Shown piece by piece: positions 8,425-14,815 of a DNA stretch of 20,376 nt (positions are counted from its first letter, which is position 1; every line of letters begins with the position of its first letter). The translations under genes and the position numbers were made by a program. Source of the stretch: Fibrobacterota bacterium (GTDB taxonomy: Bacteria; Fibrobacterota; Fibrobacteria; UBA11236); contig JAYUVP010000200.1 in assembly GCA_043753995.1 (NCBI GenBank), positions 1 through 20,376 on the forward strand. Direction: 5' to 3'. The notes beneath the pieces are model-generated. The model had not been told where the DNA came from. It did not search any database and saw nothing but the letters and a program-made list of their open reading frames with translations.

Positions 8425-8973
8425 TCAATTCAGAATGTGCCAATTGCAGGCAGTGTCTTTGCCGTCGATATTCAAGACGGGGTGCAATTCGCCAACCGGC
8501 GCATCAATCCGGAATAAAGTCGCGGGGTGGGTGAGAGCCTCACCCACCGATCCCTTGGGCTCGACATGCTGTATCGAAATGCGAAGGGTATCGCCTTGAA
8601 TTTCTACGCCCTGCAAGCGAATCGCATGTCCCGTTGTGCCTTGCACCCCCAAAGTGACTAGGAAGGCGTGGTGCCGTTTCCAATCGGGGGCACTTGACGC
8701 GACCTTGGCCCCAAGGTGCAGGCGTGTCAAGGCACCCTCGCTGCGAAGCCAATAACCCTGTGGACCTACTTCGATATCCGTCATGGGAATGAGATCAGGC
8801 TCTTCGTCAATGGGGTTCAAAGTGAGAATATCGTTCATCACAACAAAGGGGACTTTTTTCATTGCGGACATGGCGTCCTCCTTATGGCCGGCGCAGCCGG
8901 CTTGCAATGTCAGCATGGCGAATGCCGTGGTGATGGATAGCGGACGAAAGAGTTGACGGCATGGGAATGTCAT
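8425..8973 (-). CDS. PrcB C-terminal domain protein (protease complex subunit PrcB family), probable lipoprotein
   Basis: FLVTLGVQGTTGHAIRLQGVEIQGDTLRISIQHVEPKGSVGEALTHPATLFRID follows the PrcB_C pattern (LG.+.TGG..I....V...+.+.+....P......A.T.P..+..+). Hydrophobic N-terminus ends in LQAG|C (atypical -3 residue). Start overlaps the upstream stop (ATGA); its own stop is 9 nt before the S8 gene. Confidence 0.7.
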   Translation of the reverse strand: MTFPCRQLFRPLSITTAFAMLTLQAGCAGHKEDAMSAMKKVPFVVMNDILTLNPIDEEPDLIPMTDIEVGPQGYWLRSEGALTRLHLGAKVASSAPDWKRHHAFLVTLGVQGTTGHAIRLQGVEIQGDTLRISIQHVEPKGSVGEALTHPATLFRIDAPVGELHPVLNIDGKDTACNWHILN

Positions 8974-9593
8974 TCTATAGCCTCCACTTTGAGCGCTTCA
9001 AGTTGCGGCTTAACCAGAATTTCCCATTGCTTTTGAATTAAGCGACGTATCTCCGGCGAAGCCTTGGAATTATTCGCGTCAGGCTTACTTTCGTATAAAC
9101 TCAAGTCGCCCCCCAATTTGGGGATTCGTCCGCGATTACCGTATTTTATTCCATTCACATACAGAAAAAGTTTTAATGTATCGGGATCGAGGCCATCAGA
9201 TACCTTGGAGTACCAAAGAAAAACATCGGTTTGCCCGTTGCTGTCGACATCCAACAGGCGATATTGATTGTGGGAATACTCAATGGTTTCCAAGGGATTA
9301 GAGTTGAAGTCGCGCAATTTCCAAATGGATTGGGAGGTTGTTTTTTGAACTGAATAAAACCCGGCTTGTATTTCAGAACGGTAGGGGGACGATCCAAATT
9401 CGCCATGATTGATTCTGCGAATAACTAACCCACATTTGTCGTTTTTGTCGATGAAAGGAATGGAATTAAGTACGATGTTTGAGTCCAATTGCAAGTGTGC
9501 ATTGGGTGATTCAGAATAAGAAGGGAACGCGAAAATCAAGAAAGAAAAATAATAGTAGGTAACCATGAATTGTGAATTAATGTTGGGAGACAT
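8970..9593 (-). CDS. Exported protein resembling the M949_RS01915 family; candidate immunity protein
   Basis: 207 aa with a hydrophobic N-terminus (YYYFSFLIFAFPSYS). Motifs WKLRDF...LLDVDSNGQTDVFLWY....DGLDPDTLKLFLY.NGIKYGNRG align by eye with the neighbouring 9600-10184 product. Confidence 0.6.
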   Translation of the reverse strand: MSPNINSQFMVTYYYFSFLIFAFPSYSESPNAHLQLDSNIVLNSIPFIDKNDKCGLVIRRINHGEFGSSPYRSEIQAGFYSVQKTTSQSIWKLRDFNSNPLETIEYSHNQYRLLDVDSNGQTDVFLWYSKVSDGLDPDTLKLFLYVNGIKYGNRGRIPKLGGDLSLYESKPDANNSKASPEIRRLIQKQWEILVKPQLEALKVEAIE

Positions 9594-9599
9594 AGGTAG

Positions 9600-10184
9600 T
9601 CAAAATCCCGCAGCCATCTTCCAAATTGCTTCTAGGTGGGTACTGAAATTTGGATGCTTTTCTAAAATGTTGTCCTTGGTTAAGATCCCACCTTCAGGTG
9701 GAAAACGATCTGATTTCACAATGGAAATTCCACGAATGGCGGCTTTCATTTGGCCCTCCCTCAATATCGCTATTAGCACTTCTGGCCCTATGTCGCCCGA
9801 ACAAGCGAGCCTGTAGGCTGCAGAGGACTCCGAAATATGGTTTGAATCCAAATCAGAAATGGATGTTAACTCCGGGATGAAATACCCGGCGTGATCCAGC
9901 CGATGACAACTTTGTCTGTCTTTGATTTCCCATTCACGAATCCAAGTCGGTCCCTCTTGGCGGAATTGGCTTGCTTTGAGGGTGATGACATCTTCCCTCT
10001 GGCTTGAGCGCGAAGAATCTTTTGAAAGCACAAGGAAATGTTGGCCTGGTTTGTCGGAACATTCAAATTTCGCTTGAATCCGCGGTAGAACCTGTTTGCT
10101 TATATAGGACGTTTCATTGCGAACCTGCTGCTTAACCTTTGGCTGCCGAGGCTTTGGTTTATGTTCATTACTATTCAATGACAT
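9600..10184 (-). CDS. M949_RS01915-family-like protein; candidate immunity protein
   Basis: WEIKDRQSC...FIPELTSISDLDSNHISESSAAYRLACSGDIGP...ILREGQMKAAIRG is the pattern I recall for this family. Start placed at ATG 10184 (MSLNS, purine-rich upstream); the ORF track starts at 10211. No clear signal peptide. Confidence 0.65.
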   Translation of the reverse strand: MSLNSNEHKPKPRQPKVKQQVRNETSYISKQVLPRIQAKFECSDKPGQHFLVLSKDSSRSSQREDVITLKASQFRQEGPTWIREWEIKDRQSCHRLDHAGYFIPELTSISDLDSNHISESSAAYRLACSGDIGPEVLIAILREGQMKAAIRGISIVKSDRFPPEGGILTKDNILEKHPNFSTHLEAIWKMAAGF

Positions 10185-10791
10185 GCTCCTCGCCCTTAAT
10201 GCAATAACCACGCATATAGTCGCCGACCTCTGAGGTTGTTCGAATATAAACGCCTATTTTTTTGGCTTGAAACACTCCAATCCAATTCGCTAAGGAGTCA
10301 CCACTGACAACATTTGGGTCATACTGTTGATAAACCACGCAGGAATCGGCATGCACGGGCCCGCAGTCGGTTAAAAACGCCTTCAAACTATCTGGTACAG
10401 TCGAACCTATCTGTGGTCTGGTGTGGGCGATAAACAGCCAGGAATCAGAAGAACCTATTCTCTGTATCACAAGACCGGATGGGTCGATACGCCATTCTCG
10501 AGTAACAGGTGTATCGGTCTTGTGGGTGATGACTTTCAGGTATGTTTGCCTGCCTTTCTTTTCCACCGAAACGATGGAATCCCGATATTCGGTGCCCTCC
10601 ACCCATTCTCCTTCCATTTTTGTCTGGTAACTCCACCAGTCTCCAGGAGAGGGAGAGTACCAAGTAGTTGAGTCGATGGTCAGGTTCGAATCGACATTGG
10701 AGTATGATTTGTAATCTTGTGGCGCTGGGTCAATTTTTTTAATGCAGGCGCTCAATGCCAAACAGGTTAGTGACAAAATAAAGAGTTTCAA
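10171..10791 (-). CDS. Hypothetical lipoprotein, candidate immunity protein
   Basis: The ORF extends to 10923. An in-frame TTG at 10791 gives a classic lipoprotein signal, MKLFILSLTCLALSA|C; ATG 10830 is an alternative start. Beta-rich body (WYSPSPGDWWSYQT...). Confidence 0.7.
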   Translation of the reverse strand: MKLFILSLTCLALSACIKKIDPAPQDYKSYSNVDSNLTIDSTTWYSPSPGDWWSYQTKMEGEWVEGTEYRDSIVSVEKKGRQTYLKVITHKTDTPVTREWRIDPSGLVIQRIGSSDSWLFIAHTRPQIGSTVPDSLKAFLTDCGPVHADSCVVYQQYDPNVVSGDSLANWIGVFQAKKIGVYIRTTSEVGDYMRGYCIKGEEHVIE

Positions 10792-10945
10792 AATTCCGCA
10801 ATTGAAGTCAATGCGTGCGATGGGATTCATTCCAAGAAACGTTTTGACAGAAATCAAATTTATACCAAAAAAAATCCTTGCGGTTTGAACTTCGGCGCCC
10901 ATATTCAAGTGCTTAGTTTTCATTCTGGGTACCGGTGTTGCTCAA

Positions 10946-11215
10946 TTAAACTCTGCCTTCAAATTCTTCTTCGGTGCTGCATTTGACTGTATTTATTGGA
11001 ACTTGAATGCATTCCACTGCCGTGTTTGAAACTTTCAAAGCCGCTGTGACAATCGGATTTTTTAAGTCTGTGTAATCAACCCACGCTAAAACAGACGTAT
11101 TATCCCCTGACCTCCAGAATTCTGAGTCAAAAGGGGGTTCGGTTACTTTCTTGGTGTCACGTATGACCATCACTGGCTCTGATGAGTTTGCTCTTAATGT
11201 GAAATAGGTGCCCAT
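10946..11215 (-). CDS. Small hypothetical protein (89 aa), possibly a gene fragment
   Basis: Co-oriented ORF filling the gap in the operon, with GAGG upstream of ATG 11215. No signal peptide or recognisable motif. Confidence 0.5.
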   Translation of the reverse strand: MGTYFTLRANSSEPVMVIRDTKKVTEPPFDSEFWRSGDNTSVLAWVDYTDLKNPIVTAALKVSNTAVECIQVPINTVKCSTEEEFEGRV

Positions 11216-11239
11216 GGGATCTTTATCCTCGGGTGTCTA

Positions 11240-11947
11240 CTATTTCACCATTTCAGCGATTTCGGAAAATCCACTATCAGACGCAATGGATGTGGCCGTG
11301 GCACCTGAATTCTCAGCCACTTCCTTTCTCGCCCCTTTTTCGATCAAGGCCTTAGTCAGCGCCACGTTGTTCCGTTTGGCTGCAATTAATAGTGGGTATT
11401 TGGTTTCTTCGCCCCCACTTGGGCCAGACCCGTCTACTTTAGCCCCTTTCGTTATTAAGAGCAGCGCAATTTGCAGCGCTTCGTCTTTGTCCTGCATATT
11501 GCAGGCCAGGGTTAGCGGGGATTCGGCATCCTCAGAATAGGTCTTGTTTATGTCTGAGTATTGATTGTTCTCGACGATATATTTGATTAAATCCACCCTG
11601 CCAAAAACTAGGGCCGTATATAAGGCATCATAAATATAGGTCTCGTCGGTGAGGCACTTCTCGATGGATGCGCCTTTTCCTATCAGGTCCCTAAACTTCA
11701 TGAGCGAATCTTGGTAGATGGCCTCGCCCAGATCCGAAGCCGTGTACCCTTCAATGGCATGGGAGAATGTGGGCTGCGAGGAATCTTGTTTAGGGGCGAG
11801 TGGGGCTGGTGTACTGACACTGTGTGATACAGGCGCTTCGGGCTTCACATTTGGCTGACCCTCTGCCGCCTTTTGACGATTACATCCAGCCAGCAAGGCG
11901 AGGATGAGAATAGGGGCGGCCGAAAGCCTATTGTTTAATTTCAACAT
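11240..11947 (-). CDS. Ankyrin-repeat lipoprotein, probable cognate immunity protein of the PAAR effector
   Basis: True start is probably ATG 11947 (MLKLNNRLSAAPILILALLAG|C, canonical lipobox), not 12094. Ankyrin repeats: SPLTLAC...ALLLITKGAKVD, YPLLIAAKRNNVALTKALIEKGA, GATATSIASDSGFSEIAEMV. Overlaps the effector 3' end by 20 nt. Confidence 0.85.
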   Translation of the reverse strand: MLKLNNRLSAAPILILALLAGCNRQKAAEGQPNVKPEAPVSHSVSTPAPLAPKQDSSQPTFSHAIEGYTASDLGEAIYQDSLMKFRDLIGKGASIEKCLTDETYIYDALYTALVFGRVDLIKYIVENNQYSDINKTYSEDAESPLTLACNMQDKDEALQIALLLITKGAKVDGSGPSGGEETKYPLLIAAKRNNVALTKALIEKGARKEVAENSGATATSIASDSGFSEIAEMVK

Positions 11948-13709
11948 GGATGCATGGCTCCTTTGCCAATCGCGATACCTTCCCGGTGTTGGCGATGTCT
12001 TTAATGTCATGGAACACCTTTTCGACACTTTTGTCTTTGGCGAGTTCGAGGATAAATTCTTTAGTTTGCTTGGCAGGTATTCCAATATCGACAATATTCA
12101 GTTTGTTGTATTCCTCTGTGCTGACACAATGTTTTGAAACCCGCTTCTTTTCCTTGGAAAGCGATTCAATTTTTTCGGTCATCTGCTTGATGGTTTCCTG
12201 CTTAGCGAGATTCTTTTTAGTGCACTGGTCGTATACGTCCGTCACCTCCATACCCGGTGCTGCATAGGCTAGTCGCTTATTATTAGCGAGATTGTTATAC
12301 ATCGCTTCAGCTTGTTGGTGCGGGTAACGAATCGTGCTTGTAATAGTCACGCTTTCAAGGCCAACGGCCTTTGCCGCTTTCCCGATGATCTCGGTACTCT
12401 TACTTGATAGGATTTTCTTTCGGTCGGCATCCAAGCCGCTTGAAAAATTAACGTGTTTCGAATGGGACTCTAGTTCGGATCTGGAATCCGAATTGCCATC
12501 TTCTCCAGCATCCCCAGGCTCTTCTATCTTCGCCTTTTGCTTTTCTTGACTCGGCTTTAATCTCGTCTTCGCCTTGCCTTGCGAGCCTCCCGCCGGCCCC
12601 ACCCCTGGCTTCTCTGCCTTCGTGACGCGACCATGAATCACAATCTCCGGCAGCACAATCGTATACGGCCCGGCGGGTATGTCTTTCTGCTCGGCCTTCC
12701 CCTGCTTGTCCACCTGGCCCGTGCGCACGCTGCCGTCGCGCAAATGCAATTCATACTTGGCTGCAGCTAAAGGTTTTTCGTCGGGGTCGAGTATTTCGAT
12801 TTTGGCATCATCGAGGCATTGCATGCGGTCGCTGACACCCACTATGCCTTCGGCCACTAGGATGAAGAAATATTCGACCTTGCCCTTGGGGCCGTCGGCT
12901 TCCACCTTGGCCAATTCTTCTTTGGTTAAGGCCCATTCGCCGGTAACCTTATTGCCTTGAATCTGGGTGGGTAAGGTTTTCAATAGTCTTTGATTGCCAT
13001 TGCCCAAAGCTTCGAAAATCATGATAGGGCAAGCCACGCCATTCTCAAAACCTTCGGCATCGGCCTTCAGCGTCAGCATTTCGCCGGGCTTGCACTTGGC
13101 CTTGGACCATTTCACATTCACCAAGCAAGCGAATTCGACTTTGAAAGAACCCGCTTGTGAATACCCGTCATGGCGTATGCGCCCGCCAGTGGCTACCGCC
13201 CCGGCGATTTTCTGGCCATCGGGATCGGTGAGTTTGTAACGCAAGCCTTGCAAAGGCAAATCGGCCGAATCGACCACGGTGCATTCGACATAGTGATTTT
13301 CGGTGCGTGGCTCGGCGGGCTCTATGGGCACATAGGGCTTGATGGCCTTGGGACCATTTTGCTTGGCCGCTGCTGCTGCCGCTGCCGCCGCTGCCGCTCC
13401 ACCTCCACCTGCACCACCGGCTTCCCCAATGAGCACGGTCATGCAGCCCATGGCCAGCATGTCGGGTGGGCCAACGCAAGGGGAAAGATCGGACACACGT
13501 GCGGCGGGCTTTTTCCCCAGCAGTACACCCATGCTTCCAAGAGCAACCGGGCCACCCACATGCGGTACCACGCCGGTGACCATTGGACAAACGTGCATGT
13601 CACCCAGGGTGCCTGCGGGCATTTTGCCGATGAGCACCGTGGGTGCACCTAATATCAGGGTGCCGCCATGAGTCGACACATCGCCTAAGCGGCCAGCTGG
13701 CTTACCCAT
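11928..13709 (-). CDS. Specialised PAAR T6SS effector with C-terminal Zn DD-peptidase-like (M15/LAS-type) toxin domain
   Basis: N-terminal PAAR domain: MGKPAGRLGD..THGG, MPAGTLGDMHVCP, KPAARVSDLSPC. Start set at ATG 13709 (GGAG RBS, 8-nt overlap with the DUF2169 stop). Then a Gly/Ala linker and two transthyretin-like segments. C-terminal motifs: ITSTIR..QQAEAMY, SKH, VD, CIHVE. Confidence 0.85.
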   Translation of the reverse strand: MGKPAGRLGDVSTHGGTLILGAPTVLIGKMPAGTLGDMHVCPMVTGVVPHVGGPVALGSMGVLLGKKPAARVSDLSPCVGPPDMLAMGCMTVLIGEAGGAGGGGAAAAAAAAAAAKQNGPKAIKPYVPIEPAEPRTENHYVECTVVDSADLPLQGLRYKLTDPDGQKIAGAVATGGRIRHDGYSQAGSFKVEFACLVNVKWSKAKCKPGEMLTLKADAEGFENGVACPIMIFEALGNGNQRLLKTLPTQIQGNKVTGEWALTKEELAKVEADGPKGKVEYFFILVAEGIVGVSDRMQCLDDAKIEILDPDEKPLAAAKYELHLRDGSVRTGQVDKQGKAEQKDIPAGPYTIVLPEIVIHGRVTKAEKPGVGPAGGSQGKAKTRLKPSQEKQKAKIEEPGDAGEDGNSDSRSELESHSKHVNFSSGLDADRKKILSSKSTEIIGKAAKAVGLESVTITSTIRYPHQQAEAMYNNLANNKRLAYAAPGMEVTDVYDQCTKKNLAKQETIKQMTEKIESLSKEKKRVSKHCVSTEEYNKLNIVDIGIPAKQTKEFILELAKDKSVEKVFHDIKDIANTGKVSRLAKEPCIHVEIKQ

Positions 13710-14802
13710 AGCGAACTCCGTAATCAAGCATAGGGATTTTTTTCAAAGCCTCAGGACCATCATAATAGGCCGAGCCGCGCCAGGTGACGCAGAGCTGATT
13801 GGTCTCTTTGAAAATGACGACAGTCTGCAAAACCGTTTTCAATTCGCTGGCGCCTTGGCCGACGTCGAGAAATAGAATGGGACGGTCACCAGCCAATTGA
13901 AGTGCGAATTGGGGATGGTCGGGATCGAGGTGAGCGAGCACAAGGCTCTCTTTGCCTGAGAGATAGGGAAAGCACAAACCGGGCGATGCTCCATTGAAGA
14001 ATTGAGCATTCAAAATGGGAGCGGGTGGGGGAGGTTGATTCGAAGTGCCCTGGCCGATGGCCGGCATTTCCTGCATGGCGCGTTGACGCTCCATTTCGGC
14101 GCCAGTGGCTGAGTCGGGAGGCAAGCCCGCCATAGTATAGCGCGGGAAAAAATTCTTGCCATAATACCCGAGTCCTTGGGGATCGGGATACAAGGGCCAT
14201 TTTTCATAATCGCCTAAAGCAATATTCGCGGGCGTCAGCAATTTCAGGGGATCTTCGATATTGGGCAAAATCAAATCTTGAATGGCCTTGGCGTGATTCT
14301 TCACCACAAAGCCAGTACCCACCGGATTTTTCGCGTAAGTGAAAGGCACACCTTCGACGCTTTTTTCGTCTTTGCCGCCATAGGCGAGAGCATAGGTCAA
14401 TGGCATGCGTTCGAAGGGCGCGGGATCGGAAAAGGCGGGGCCGCTCGGGGTAATGTAGGCGCGGCGATCGCCGATGACTCGGATGATTTTGCGCGCCGTC
14501 CCGATTTGTATGCCAACATCTAAATGATAGGCTTGTCGTCCTTTCGGGCTCTGCGCCATGCCGATGAGTACGACATCGGTCATGGGCTTATACGCCACCA
14601 AGTCCGATTCCAGTTTGACGGCATCGATGGTGGGATTGCCTGCGCCCCAGTATTCATCGGCCTCGACGAAGGGCATTTGCTCGCTCTCGTCAGTCCAGGC
14701 GGTTTTCCCTTGGGCGAACTTGTAGGTGCGCTTGGCGAGTATGGAAAGAATCGGCGCCCCGTCGGGAGCATTGCCGGGAATCAGTTTTGTAATCCAAGTC
14801 AC
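13702..14802 (-). CDS. DUF2169 family T6SS adaptor/chaperone
   Basis: 366 aa between vgrG and PAAR. Motifs: KRTYKF, ESDLVAYKPMTDVVLIG, RVIGDR, PFERMPLTYALAYGG, NPVGTGF, LPNIEDP, FFNGASPGL, LQTVVI...VTWR. GTG start with GAGG RBS. Confidence 0.93.
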   Translation of the reverse strand: MTWITKLIPGNAPDGAPILSILAKRTYKFAQGKTAWTDESEQMPFVEADEYWGAGNPTIDAVKLESDLVAYKPMTDVVLIGMAQSPKGRQAYHLDVGIQIGTARKIIRVIGDRRAYITPSGPAFSDPAPFERMPLTYALAYGGKDEKSVEGVPFTYAKNPVGTGFVVKNHAKAIQDLILPNIEDPLKLLTPANIALGDYEKWPLYPDPQGLGYYGKNFFPRYTMAGLPPDSATGAEMERQRAMQEMPAIGQGTSNQPPPPAPILNAQFFNGASPGLCFPYLSGKESLVLAHLDPDHPQFALQLAGDRPILFLDVGQGASELKTVLQTVVIFKETNQLCVTWRGSAYYDGPEALKKIPMLDYGVRYG

Positions 14803-14815
14803 AATAGCCTCTGAT

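Noticed and set aside
10855..10890. 8-nt homopolymer and TGGTATAAAT as a phase-variation site or internal promoter
   Set aside because: The tract is short and probably upstream of the true start; -35/-10 spacing is 19 nt and the match is weak in AT-rich DNA.
11948..12094. N-terminal extension of the ankyrin ORF (start 12094)
   Set aside because: It would overlap the toxin domain by 167 nt and bury the lipoprotein signal; ATG 11947 fits better.
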